Positions 26,671 to 39,195 of a stretch of DNA of 64,000 bases are shown one piece after another. Position 1 is the first letter of the stretch. Each line of letters opens with the position of its first letter. This DNA is from Camelus dromedarius. Lineage: Eukaryota. A model generated the notes under the pieces. It worked only from the letters and a program-made list of their open reading frames with translations. It was not told the DNA's origin and did no database searches. Made by a program: the position numbers and the translations under genes. The stretch lies in assembly GCF_036321535.1 (NCBI RefSeq), contig NC_087437.1, forward strand, positions 116,748,001 to 116,812,000. Reading direction: 5' to 3'.

Positions 26671-26789
26671 TTGTCAAGAAAGAAAACAAGGCCTAATATG
26701 TAAATGAAACTGAGGTGAAGACAAACCTCACAGCAAATTGTGATGTTCTATCCATGCAAAATATAAATCGGAAATCTTAAAAAGAAAAG

Positions 26790-27900
26790 GGTGGGGGAGT
26801 GGCATAATTTTCTGGACTTATTAGTAAAACTGACCTAAGAAGAAATTTAAAATGTCAACAGATTGCTAACCACAGAAGAAACAGAAAATACAAGTAATGT
26901 ATCTCAAAAGTTCCTTGCAAATTTTTAAGGGATTGGGTTATGTCAAATATTTCAAAGCACAGAAAAAGATGGCCAGCTGCACAGTCTATTTCATGAAGCT
27001 ACACTCACCCTAATTTCAGCACTTAACAAAGATAATACAAAAAAAAAAAAAAGAAACCAATCTCACATAAGAGTAATTTTAAAATCTTAAATAAAGTAGC
27101 TACAAAATAATAGTATCTTAAAGAAAGTTTCTATCATGACCAAAAAAAAACCTTTCCTAGCCTGGGGTTGTAAAAGGGAAATCTGACATTATAATATTTC
27201 ATGCCAGTAGCACCCACTTTCAATAGTGGTTTAAAGGACAATAAATAACACATTCCCAAATTTGAAAAAATTCTTAGGGAACATTAGAATTAAAGGATAC
27301 TTCTTTCCCACCATAGTAATTACATAAACAAATGGCCAACATATTGCTTAATGGTGAATCACTGAAGGTGTTCCTATTAAAATCAGAAACAGGGCAGGCG
27401 TGTCTGCTTTGAGCATTAGTATTTCATGTTGCTTAAGAAGATCTGATTCAGGAAATAAGATCTGATAAAAAACAAATTTCTTCTGTATAGCACAGGGAAC
27501 TATATTCAATATCTCATAATAATCTTTTATGAAAATGAGTATAGGTATATATACGCATGACTGGGACACTATGCTGTACACCAGAAGCTGACACATTGTA
27601 ACTGACATTAAAAAAAAAAAAAGATCTGAAAGAGAAATAAGAGCTGTAACTGTCGGCCAAGAGCAGACAAAAAATTTATTATATGCTAATGATATGATTA
27701 GGTAACCTAAAACACCTAAGAGAATCAACCTGAAACACTTGGAATTTAAAAGAAACCTTAGCAAAAGAGCCAGATTTTAAAAACAATAGATGTACAACAG
27801 TCAATAGCTGCTTCATATACCAACATGAAGCAAACGGAAAGTACGCGCTCATGGGTGGAAAAGACTTAATGCTTATTAACAGCATAAGGAAAACAACAGA
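26790..27900 (+). mobile_element. Degenerate L1 ORF2 fragments
   Basis: ORF2-like motifs aacatattgcttaatggtgaatcactgaaggtgttcctattaaaatcagaaacagggcagg and gatatgattaggtaacctaaaacacctaagagaatcaac. Confidence 0.65.
27466..27620 (+). mobile_element. Short young L1 3' tail insertion
   Basis: gtatagcacagggaactatattcaatatc...gctgtacaccagaagctgacacattgtaactgac plus poly(A); TSD aagatctga at 27457-27465 and 27621-27629. Confidence 0.85.
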
Positions 27901-29239
27901 ACTTGATGGAGATGCAGCACAAACGTGACCGTTAAAAACCTGTGATGATGTATGGAAATCCTCCTAGAAATAACAAAGCAGAATAGGCAAAACCCAGAAT
28001 CCATAAGAGTATGTTCATTATTACTCCTTTTTGTCAAATAGAGATGATATAAAGTCCCATGAAAATAAAAATAAAACAGACTTCAAGTAAATCGGAGATT
28101 TTAATAATAACTATTTTTATGAGATGGATTTTCAGGGCATTTCTGTCTTCTCTATACTTTTATGCTATATTATCTGCAACAAGCAAATATTTATTCTGAG
28201 GTCCCCTCAATTTTTTTTTGATTTGTTGAATTGACTTGAGTTTAAAACCAATCAATTGAAATATAATAAATTCATTGGCTACTTATTATTTTCAAGATTC
28301 AAGATTATGCTTCTCTGAAGCAATCTGAGGAGCTTCTCTAAAACATGGGATAATACCCGAGAGCAAAGAGTCTAAAACAAAGTTCAAACAGACGAGAGTG
28401 GAAATATTTCTCCAGCTTTCCCGAGCTGGCCAGTCTGCCTGGAAACTAATTTAAGGATATGAAGATGACATCATTGCAGGTGTTCTTTCAAAGTAGTACA
28501 TACGTTTACAACACTCTGGCTGACAAAACTGGAAGGGAGACAAGATTTGAAAAGCCTCATATATTCTCTTTGTTGATGCTCACCATCCTTATCTTCAAAT
28601 AAAAGTATTTATATTTCTTCCTTCTGCCCCTTAGGCTCTGGTTCTGGGTCAGGAAATATCTCACAAACCTCAGAAGAAGAGAGAAACCTAAGATAACAGT
28701 ACATAATGTTCTGTTTTTTAAGACTGTAAATATTTTAACTTCTAGAAGAGACCACCTACCATGAAAACTTCAGATCTTCCTAAATCTGATAAAGATTAAC
28801 TATAAAGTTTATTATAGTTTCCAAACTCAAGCAGCATATGCCACATTGGCTTAAAGCATTTGGAGATAAATATACTGAATGTTTGCCAAAGGTCAAGATA
28901 TTGGGGGAAAAAAAAAAGGAATGTCAAATTCAAAGTTTGAAAAGTAAAAGGTGCCGTCAATCAAAAAATTGTACATATACACTTGACTGAATTATTTTAA
29001 TAAAATCAACAAGTTATGCCATGGTACAGGCAGAGTGTAATTCTTGCTGACAACCCAATAAATATTAAGTATCTGCTATTGACAAAGATTGTGGTGAGTA
29101 CTATAGAGAGAATTGGTAAAATATCTCAAGGAATTTAGAGAGTACATTAAATGTTTAGTTTGATAGGATTGGACTGTTGTCCACCTGTGTCACCATCACC
29201 AGGGAAAAAAAGCAAGTACAGAAATAAATAGCAAAACTC

Positions 29240-30075
29240 CTGCAAATTAACATGAAAAACCAAATAACTGAATTTTAAACATGGGCAAAAGACTTGAACA
29301 ACATTTCACAAAGGAAGACATATGAAAGGCCAACAAGCATATGAAAAGTTGCTCAACAGTATTAGTCATCAGAAAAATGAAAATTAAAACTACAGCGAGA
29401 TGGCACTTCACATCCCCTGGAATAGCTAAAAAAAAAAAAAAAAAAAGAGATTGACAACACCAAATGTTGGCCAGGAGGTAGAGCAACTGGAACTATCGTA
29501 CATTGCTAGGAGAGAATGAAACAGTATAACCATTTTAGAGATCTGTTTGGCTGTTCCTTTAGAGTTAAATGGTCATCTACCCTGTGAGCCAGCAATTCCA
29601 TTTCTAGTTACTCACCCAAGAGAAATGAAAGCCCGTCTTGCAGGAAGTTTTATTTACAATACAAAAAGAATAAATCTCCATCAACAGGAGGATGGATAAA
29701 CAAATTGTGGTATACTCATCCAATGGAATACTACGCAGCAAAAGAAAGGAATAAGTCACCTATGAGTATAACCCCATGAATGCATCTCAAAAACACACAC
29801 ACAAATAACACATACCGGAAGCATCCATTTATTTGGAACCCTGGAACAAGCAAAGCTAATCTATGCTGAGAGAAGTCAGAGAATGGTTGTCTCCAAGGTC
29901 CTGAGGGAGGGCCAATAATTAACTGGAAGGGGGCAGAAAGGAACATTCTGGGACGGTGGATCTGCTCTAAATCTTGATAGAGGTGATTATCAGTCAGCAG
30001 TCCAAACTTATCAAACTAAACATTTAAGAGCTGCACATTTTAGTATACTTCAGTTACACTTCAAGTTTTAAAAAA
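29240..30075 (+). mobile_element. L1M 3' region (ORF2 end and 3'UTR)
   Basis: atgggcaaaagacttgaacaacatttcacaaaggaagac...cagcaattccatttctag...ggataaacaaattgtggtatac. Confidence 0.85.
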
Positions 30076-30900
30076 TGGTCAGAAAAGGTAAAAATAGAAA
30101 TAGGCAACATCTGTGAGTTTGCATGGCAAAGACTATGAATGACAGAGAAAACTCACCTCCTAAGGAATAAAAGCACTTTAACAAGATACTCACCCATCAC
30201 ACAGTCACCACTCCTCAGAGTCCAGCTCCATCTGAAGGTGACGAAGTTTATATTGATTCTGAGATCTGAAATGAACATGTGGAAAACTCTCCTGGAATAC
30301 CTAGTTATTTCATTAAGATATACCCTTTAAGAGCCTTTAAAAAATGTACCATGTTCTCTAGTTTATTTCTGGTTAGGATACTTTGTTGGAATATAAGGGA
30401 TAAAAGTCAACAGGTGCCTTAGAAGAGAGTTTGCACACAGCCAACAGAACAAATATTAGTTAATTTCAATGTGTTTACAACATTGGTCTTCAACCCTCTC
30501 CCCGCCCTGCGTGCGTGCACCGGGAGCAAGACACACCATTGCCCATCAGTGCTGATGCCTCTTAAGATAATGATGTCCTGGAGAGAAGAGCCATGCAAAG
30601 ACCTTCCGGGGCTTGGGGGAATTACAGCATGCAGCTCCCCTCCCCCACCTAGAGAGTCACTGATTCCCTCAGGGATTAAACTAGTCCAATACCATTTGCC
30701 TATCATGTTTTTGTTTGTTTTGATTTTTGGGGTTTGTCTGTTTGTTTGTTTGTTTTTGCTCAGGCGCATCTTGATTCTTCTCTTTCTCCCCAACACCCTG
30801 CATGGTCTGGCCCCATTCCCCTCTGCCCAGCATCCCACTGATGCAGAAAATCAGATGTGGAGTGTGAGGAGGGCTGTGTCCCAGGTCTCAGTTGAGCCCC

Positions 30901-31462
30901 TGGGACATACCCCGCTAGGTGTGGGTCCTTGGCTTGGCACAGGAAATAAGTCAAGTGCGAGACGCAGTTGAGTAAAGGTAGATTTATTTAGAGAGATACA
31001 CACCCCATACGGTGTAAGGCAAGGAAAGAGGTGTGGGAATTGGGTGCTCAGGTTAAAGTAAAAGTAGGTACACACTCCATAGACAGAGTGCGGGCTGTCT
31101 CCGAAGGGGAGGGAGCAAAACAGGGCGCTAGGCATGTGTTGACAGTTTTTATGGGCTCAGTAGCTTCACACGCCTACAGGTGTGATTAATCCAACAGCCC
31201 TGGGGAAGGGGCTGGGACTACCAGGAATTGGGCCACCACTCATTCTTTGGCCTTTTGCAGTTAGCCGTGGGGCTGTCATGGTGCCTGTGGGCATGTTATT
31301 TGACCGCGCTGCTACAATGAGCATATAATGAAGTTCAAGGTCTGCTGGAAGTTAAACCTCTTAATCCTCAAAGCCCACCAGGAGGTGAATCTCCACCATT
31401 TTGGTGTTAAATTGCTGTCATTCCTTGAGTGGCTGTGGCCTGACCCCTTCCCTCCTGTCTCA
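30901..31462 (-). mobile_element. ERV1-class solo LTR
   Basis: Reverse complement runs tgagacaggagggaagggg...cca (TG...CA); minus-strand AATAAA (tttatt ~30984); similar to the LTR at 46499-47093; flanks cccc/ccct. Confidence 0.75.
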
Positions 31463-31813
31463 CCCTTGCAACAACGTAAATGCCCCATAGTAGGAGTCTT
31501 TATTCTAGTCACTGACATCTTCTAAGCACCTAAGACCCTACCTGTTACATAGCAGATGCTTCAGAAATATTTATCAAGTGAACAAGTGTGTATTTTTCTG
31601 TGCTCCTCGAGCTAACATAAATAATGACTGTAATGTTGCCATGGGAAGCACTTCTCTCCTCAGCGCTTCCTTCTCTCTTCCCAGCGCTCCACTTAGGGGA
31701 GGCTTATAACTACTGTGCTGAACATCAAAGCTGAGATTAGTGAGCTGAGTGATCTGAAAGCCCACGATGGCAAACAGAGGGGAAAACAACTCAGAAAGTA
31801 GCCCGGATCCCAC

Positions 31814-32553
31814 TGATACCGAGCAGGACCCTGTGGAGTCCTCCCTGGTACAAATCTTTCCATGTTCCCCATTTTTTGTTTGTAGACAATAAACCTCATT
31901 CAGCCTCCTTAACCTTCCTGAGTTCCAAAGGGCAGATTCAAACACTGGCTAATCAGGGAAGGGAGGGAATGCAGAACAAGGAAGGAACAGTCAAGAAACA
32001 ATAGTGCAGCCTTGGGGCAGGGACCTGATTACCAAGTCTGTTGCCCCCAGGGTCATACCCTTGCCCCTCCCTTGAATAGAAACCAATTACTCTTATCTAA
32101 GTCTCAGGAGGCAAGAAGGAAAAAACAAGAACTGGTTAGAACTTTCAAGATGGTGGGGGATGTGACTTCCAGTGGACCTTGAGCCTCATTCTATGCGCAT
32201 TGTAATGCATTAGCTGCTAAATGACACACCCGCCATAACCGTGACTGTTGACAATTGCAATGACAACAACCGGAAAAGCCCATACAAGGATTGGTTCCAT
32301 CATGCCTGGAAAGAGGACAAGATGGCAGAAGCCCCTCATAAAAGTCCACGTGGCCTGACCTGGGCCAGAGCTGTCTCTAATAGCTCATCTTGGCTCCCCA
32401 CTCGAGTACTCTTATCTTTTGCCCCATTCTGAGCAATAAAGCAGCTATTCACTTTGTCCCACTGCCTCTGCTGCTCAAATTCTTTCACAGCCAGTGACAA
32501 GGACCCACACTTTGGTGAGCTTCCTAATCTAGGGGCCCTTCTCTCTGCTAACA
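31814..32553 (+). mobile_element. ERV1-class solo LTR
   Basis: tgatacc...gctaaca termini, TATA-like cataaaa ~32337, aataaa ~32435, 4-bp TSD ccac/ccat. Confidence 0.75.
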
Positions 32554-33313
32554 CCATGTTTCTCTATCTCATGAAATCTGTGAACAGTTGCATCTACACA
32601 ACTACAAGGTCTCCAGCCCTGTCCTGTTATCTTCCCCCTCTGCTTCTCTTACTCCAGTATAGCTCTTACCCAGCTGGCAAAGTAAGGAAACGGAGCAGAA
32701 AACACTTGAATGAGTCAATTCTTAACCTTGGAGTCCAACCAATTTGAAAAGTCAAGTAGAACGTCATTGACGTTAGTTCATCCTGTGTGGTAGATAAAGT
32801 TTCATCTCTTTTGATGGTAGGGAAAAGATTCATTCAGTTCACCTTAAGTACTGGAGTTTTATGGACTATTTAAAGAACTACTTGATAATAAGGGATGTAA
32901 GGGGAAGACAGAATCTCAGGTACTACTGGCCCCAGAGAGGGTGACCTAAGAGGTTGTTCAGGATGGCAGGTAGCTCTGGGCTCCAAGATGTCTTCTTGCC
33001 CCACTGGCACCAGGTGTTCCCAGGTCATCACTATGGTGCTCCCATGAGCCCAGATCCCCTACTGTTGATTGGTCTCCACTTCTCTCTGGGTTTCTCCTTG
33101 ATTCTCCTTTTGGTACCAACTGACTAATTCCACCTGTGTCTCTAGGAGAGAGACCATAACCATCCTTGCCATTTGCTGTGGTCCTTGCTTAAGGCTCTTC
33201 TCCTATGGCCCCTCCTAGATCATCACTCAGCCCACAAAGTGGTGGCGCTTCATTTGAGCAGGACCTTCAACCAACTCAGTCTCTCTAAGGACGGGCATTG
33301 TGGTTTGGTACAT

Positions 33314-33734
33314 TGTGATGGTTAATTTTATGTGTCAACTTGACCAAGTCATGGGATGCCCAGATATTTGGTTAAACAGTATTCTGGGTATTTCTGGGTG
33401 ACTGTAACACTTAAATCAGTAGACTGAGTGAAACGGATGTCCTGCCTAAGATGGGTGGCCCTCATCCAATCAGTTGAAAGCCTGAACAGAACAAAAAACT
33501 GAAGAAGAGGGAACGCCTCCTTCCTGACTGTGTGAGGGAGGACATTGGTCTTTTCCAGACTTCACGCTCGACTGAAACACCAGCTCTTCTGGGGTCTCCA
33601 GCTTGCTGACTGTAGATATTGGAAATTCTCTGCCTCCATAATTGCATAAGTGAATTTCTTATAAGAAATCTCCTTACACACATATAGAGATATATACACA
33701 TCTTATTGTTCTCTGGAAAATTCTGACTAATTTA
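33314..33734 (+). mobile_element. MLT2 (ERVL) LTR
   Basis: Typical start tgtgatggttaattttatgtgtcaacttgac and end ctctggaaaattctgactaat. Confidence 0.88.
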
Positions 33735-34244
33735 GACATGGTCACCCATGAATAAGGAACGAACTAGAGGTGCTTCCCTCAGCTTAGCTGTGGGCTAAGC
33801 ATCTGCCTTCAAAAGAGGCAGCTGCAGCAGGTGTGTGAGTCATGATCTCAGCACAGTCCACGTGATGCGTGAGCCAGACAGGGACTCAGCAGGCTTCTGT
33901 GTTTGACCACAGCTCTGCCCAACTATTCTCAGGACCTCTGGGATTAGGGTCAGCTCACTACACTGCCCCAAATGCCCAGGGCCCCAGACTCTGAGTCTTC
34001 AGCCCCGACTCAGGACACATTGTCCTCACTTCCCACTTCCAATGGTGTAACACTCCAGTCTTCAGTTTGGGGAGGGTGTTGACAGCTTAACACAGAACGG
34101 CATCATTACAACACAACCCTGCTGGTTTCCAGTAACTCCCCAGCTCCCAGACAATGGCAACCAGAACAACCCAAATCCCATTTTCATGGGGGCCAGAATG
34201 CATTTTGGTAAGCATCAAGAAGAAGGCAAAAAGAACAAAAGATT

Positions 34245-34740
34245 GCTCTGGCAATTCAGGGTCTTTTATGGCGCCACATAAATTTTGGAATTTTTTGTTC
34301 TAGTTTTGTGAAAAATGTCATGAATATTTTGACAGGGGCTGCATTGTATCTGTAGGTTGCTTTGGGTAGTGCAGCCATTTTGATAATGTTGATTCTTCTG
34401 ATCCAAGAACACAAGATATCTTTTCATCTTTATATCGTCCTCAATTTCCTTCATCAGCGTTTTTCAATTTTCAGAGTATAGGTAACCTTTCTGGTTAAGT
34501 TTATTTCTAAGTATTTTGTTGCCTTTGATGCAATGGAAATGTTTATGCCAGTTATAAAATTCTGGTTGCTGAAGTGGGGGAAAAAAAGTGAATCAAGGGC
34601 CCCAAATGGGAAAATAATCCTTTTTTATGGGTGAGTTGTATTCCATTACAGATATATGCTGCATCTTCTTTATCCATTCATCTATCGATGTGCATTTAGG
34701 ATGCTTCCATGTCTTGGCAATTATAAAGAATGTTGTTGTT
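34245..34740 (-). mobile_element. Antisense L1 fragments
   Basis: Minus-strand peptide [24 protein letters not shown]; 3'UTR piece ttctttatccattcatctatcgatg at ~34665. Confidence 0.75.
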
Positions 34741-35556
34741 AAAAAAAAAAAAAAAGAAGATGAAGAATGCTAAAAGAGCCTACAGGCTCAACAGAACACC
34801 CACATCCCCCGGGGACTCCCTTAGAGAGAGTGACGAGGGTAAACACAGTGACAATGGATAGAAATGGGAAGCACGAGGCCTAGAAATTTCTACAACATGG
34901 AGCCACATCTACAGAGATTTCCCTTTGGGAAAATACAGGCACTGGGCTCATCAATTCAGAAAAAGACCTGCGGGCTGCCAGGACCATGTCTTCCCCACAC
35001 TGTGCGGCAGAGGCAGAAAATTGCTTGGAATTAATAGGAGCCCTTGATGTTTGTTTTTAGCAAATATTTGCCGAATGCCTGCTGCGCTCCAGACTCCGTG
35101 GCTAAGCGCAGGTGCCCTCCCGTTGGTGTTTTCATCTCAGTCTCTCGGCTCTGTCCTGAACTTGCTGGGAGCTGCAAGGAATTTGGTGCTGGGGACAGGC
35201 CCCCACAAGTCCCGTGGAGTCGGCTGGGCCTCTGATTCACTTCGCCATCAAGAATAAAAATAGAGACTGATCCATTAAAACCATCCTGGGAGATTAAAGG
35301 ATTTCTAAGCCAAAACAAGACCCGTGATAAGCTGCCTACGTGTGAGCGAGGAGGCGAGGTCGGGTCCAGGACGCCAACGGCCTGATGAGACTTGTCCCTG
35401 TGGCCTCTTCCCTCCCGGGTCGGGGTCGTATCAGACCTGCGCAGGAGCAGGGGGCGGGGCACTCAGGCCAAGCCCTCCTCTCCACCCGCATCCCTGTCAC
35501 AGGGCCTCTGTCCCTGTCTTTTTTGGCTAGGTCATTTCCAGTTTGTATTGTTTTAA

Positions 35557-35977
35557 AGATCGTCATTCTAAGTGAAGTCAGCCAGAAAGAGAAAGAAAAA
35601 TACCATATGATATCACTTAAATGTGGAATCTCTAAAAAAAAAAAAAAGACACAAAAGAACTTATTTACAAGACAGAAACAGACTCTCAGACAAAGAAAAC
35701 AAAGTTAGGGCTACCAGAGGGGAAAGGGGTTGGGAAGGGATAAATTAGGAGTTCAAGATTGGCAGATGGTAACTACTGTATACAAAGCAGATAAACAAGT
35801 TTCTACTGTACAGCACAGGGAACCATATTCAACGTCTTGTAACCTATACTGGAAAAGAATATAAGAAGGAATATATGCATGTACATGGATGACTGAAACA
35901 TGATGCTGTACACCAGAAACTGACACATTTAAAACTGACTATACAACAAAAAAAATTAAAAACAATTTAAAAAAAAT
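35557..35977 (+). mobile_element. Young L1 3' end (L1_Vpa-like)
   Basis: IVILSEVSQKEKEKYHMISLKCGI (ORF2 C-terminus), 3'UTR and A-tail. Confidence 0.9.
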
Positions 35978-36429
35978 CTACTTCCCTCATCACAAATATG
36001 TTTAATAAGCAAATCACTGTCCTCCCTTTGCCGAGCTTTGACATCTCCCTGTCCCCTTGGAGACCTGGATCGGACCATCCCTCGGCTTCAGCACAGATTT
36101 CTTATCTTTTCAAAAGTCCACTCAGCTTGGCCCAGAAAAGAATGAAATGCTGATGCAGGACACAGGACCTCCCCCCCCCCCACCACGAGGTGGCCACCCA
36201 GGGAGGGTCTTCCTGGAGGAGGGTGTATGTAAAGGGCATCCCTAGAGCTGGAGCCAGTCCTCTGCACGGGGTGACGTGCACACACCCCCAGAGAGCACAC
36301 CTGGGCTGTGTGGGCCCACATGGCCTCTCAAACAAAGATGGGACAACAAACTATACACCTTTTTGCATTTTTTTTTCAGATTTGGAAAAACCAGCTACTA
36401 TCCCGTTTCGCTTTAGTAAGACATAAGAT

Positions 36430-36640
36430 CTGGAAGTAGGGGACATGGCTTCCAGTCCTCCCCCCCCTCGTTCCCCGCGCTACCTTAGACAGTCCCTCTG
36501 AGCCTCAGTTTCCCCACCTGCAACACGTGGGGGATCCTGGTCCTCGTCACATTCACTGGGTTGCTGGAAGGTTCCAGGTGAGATAAAGCACTTGGCAATG
36601 CTGTGTCAAGTCTACAGCACCGCGTAAAAAGGAATTTATT
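36430..36640 (+). mobile_element. MIR SINE
   Basis: ctctgagcctcagtttccccacctgcaa core. Confidence 0.7.
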
Positions 36641-37988
36641 GTTACTATTTTTTTATTATTACTGTTATCATTGTCATCTCTCATCTCAAATGGACAGCTT
36701 GACCTTTGCCTTAGGGAAATGGTTTTAAATAAAAAGTAACTGATTAGGTTTTAGGAATCTGAATGAGATGGAAATGGAGGCGTGGGTAACTTCGTTAGGA
36801 GAGACAGTGGCCCTTTACGAGATCACAGGTATTGAACGTTGCAGCAGGAGGGGACCCGAGACCCTCCCCGCCCAGCGCTCCCTGCACGCAGAGCCCTCCA
36901 CAGACGCTCATCACGGGTGCTGGTGCTGGTAGGAGCTTCCCAGTGCTGAGGGCTCCCTGGGCACCTGCCACTCGGCTAAGCGTCCTGTGTGCTTTATCAC
37001 ACAGACGCTCAAAACAGCACTGAGAGATTACAGGTACATAAACGTCTCCGCTTAACACATGACAAGACTGCATCTTCACAAGGAAAGGCCTTTCCCGCGG
37101 TCTCACGGCCGGGAGGACGGAGGTCGGCACCCCAGGAGCCCCCACGCCGGCCCTGGGCAGTGCCCCTCCCCACAGGATGCGAGCGCCCCGATTGCCCATC
37201 GAGGGCCACTGAGGCTCCAAGATGAGAAATGACTTGCCCACACCAGCCTGGAAGCCAGCCAACCTGAGGCCAGTTCCCACTAATTCCCAGACCACGAAGC
37301 CTTGGCTACTTGGACCCTCTCAAGAAGAAATTCTATGATTTGACCCTCCAAAGCACAGCCCACAGCATGTTCTGGGGCAGCGCTGATGCAGCCATCTGGT
37401 TTACCCCAGGTGCTCTCTTTACGTCAGGTGACTTTCCCGATGCCAGCTAACCCCACCTTTCCTGGACTCTCCCTTTCTTGGCCCACATGCTGCCTGAGTG
37501 ACACGTTCAGTGCTGTAAATGAGGGTGTTGTGGCGTGTTCTCAGGTCTTACTGGAAGTGCAGCTGTTAAAAAACAATATAGTAAACAGCCACCCAGTCCA
37601 CGTCAGCAGCCCTGCTCCAAGGCTCCGATGTCAGCAAAGACGGGCCAAGGCCTCAGGCCAGAGCCCGCTGCTACTGCCAGCCCACCCTCAGGCCAGCCTC
37701 ACCTGCTCGCACTGGCCAGGGCTTCCCAGTGTTCACGCCTCCCCCGCTGGCTTCTGCAGCGCCCAGATTCCCTGGGGGAAAAGGATGCATGCTCGAAACT
37801 GGGACCTGGGAATTGTTCCCTGGGCAACCACATTCAGCCGAGCAGGAAAAGTGAACCACAATACAGATAATGAGCAGATTATTGAGACCCTAAACTGGAA
37901 TTGCATGGGTTGATGGGTGGTGGCCAGAACATTTATTTTGTGCCTCAGTGACCCAGTGGTCCCATTTGGGGTCTCCCTGTCAATTCTT

Positions 37989-38097
37989 TTTTATTTCATT
38001 TATTATTATTATTATTTTAATGGAGGTACTGGGGATTGAACCCAGGACCTCGTGCATGCTAAGCATGTGCTCTACTCCTGAGATGTCCCCATCCCCG
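37989..38097 (-). mobile_element. tRNA-derived SINE (Vic-1-like)
   Basis: ggtactggggattgaacccaggacctcgtgcatgctaagc; perfect 16-bp TSD ctccctgtcaattctt at 37973-37988 and 38098-38113. Confidence 0.93.
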
Positions 38098-38689
38098 CTC
38101 CCTGTCAATTCTTGACAAGTGAGAACTGTTTGCTTGTAAAGATCACAGTTCAGCAAGAGGTCACAGAAGGCCTAAATAACCTATTGGAAGAAGAAGTGAA
38201 AGTTCTTCAATTAGAAACGTGACGATGAGCACTCAGATCAACTTCTTTAAAATACCAGTAAGAAAGACTGAAGCACTGAGGCCATGACAGCATGGGTTTC
38301 TTTTTTATCATAAAATCTTACTTTATTATTCTTAAAAATTGAAATACAGCTGATTTACAATGTTGTGTTATAACAGTGTTTTAATAAAGGTAGACACAGG
38401 AGGCTTTTGCCCTCAGTCTAAAAGCTTGTCAGCCTTCACCCCTGCAGAGGATAGCACTGTCAGGTGACCATCCGTGAGCAGACATAAAAGTGGATGTACT
38501 GGTAAGTTCTGAATCCAACTGTTATTAATAACCACAGAAATCAAAACAGCTACTATTTATTAAGCCTTAATCTACAAAAACCCCAGCTCTCGGAGGCAAG
38601 GATATTGTCCTGTTCCCTGACATACCTCAAACCCACAACAGTCCTCGGCACACAGCATCTCCGCATATGTTTTGGACAGATTCACGTGT

Positions 38690-38890
38690 GCAGGGATCTA
38701 TACTTTGCACTGTTTCTGTATTGTTATGTCTTCACCACACTTATGAAGCAGGTCTAATTTCAGGTTCTCAGATGCAGAAGGAGAGGCTTGGGGAGGTTAG
38801 GACACTTGGCCATGGGTTCACAGCTGGAAGTGGCCCAGCTTGGCCAGAAAGCAGGCTCACTCTGTCCCCAGAGCTCATGAACTCAAGCAC
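38690..38890 (-). mobile_element. MIR SINE (antisense), preceded by an L2-like tail
   Basis: cagatgcagaaggagaggcttggggaggttaggacacttggccatgggttcacagctggaagtggc. Confidence 0.6.
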
Positions 38891-39119
38891 AATGTCCAGC
38901 TCCCTCCCCATGGGCTGGGTCTTTGCCCTGGGTCTCTGGACAGGTCCATGGGTTGCCAAATTCCCCTGTGAATTGTTAAGCCAATCTCAGCATCCCTGAA
39001 AATGTATGCAAAGAGATGTGTCTAAGGGCCCATACACACGCTAGAAGATTCTCAGAAGACTCAGGATCAAAATAATTGTAAGAATCACCATTCTTAACCC
39101 TAAGGGAGTAACTAATAAG

Positions 39120-39195
39120 GAGGCGACCAACTGTCCTGTTTGCTGGGGACTGTCCTGGCTTTAGCACTGAAAACTCAGGACCTAGGAACCCCCAT
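39120..39195. mobile_element. hAT-Blackjack MITE fragment (MER81-like)
   Basis: ggcgaccaactgtcctgtttgctggggactgtcctggctttagcactgaaa. Confidence 0.55.

Larger units (their letters stand above)
18910..28696 (+). pseudogene. Putative seven-exon gene relic of unknown family; exons 18910-19106, 19489-19649, 20305-20359, 20537-20706, 21107-21220, 28297-28479, 28635-28696
   Basis: AG acceptors at every exon and GT donors at five of six introns; phases 2,1,2,1,1,1 match across all introns; total 942 nt = 313 codons plus stop. Lesions: donor ag|ataagt at 20360, TGA 28326-28328, TAA 28452-28454. AATAAA at 28999 and 29057. Exons lie in non-repeat sequence. Confidence 0.6.
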
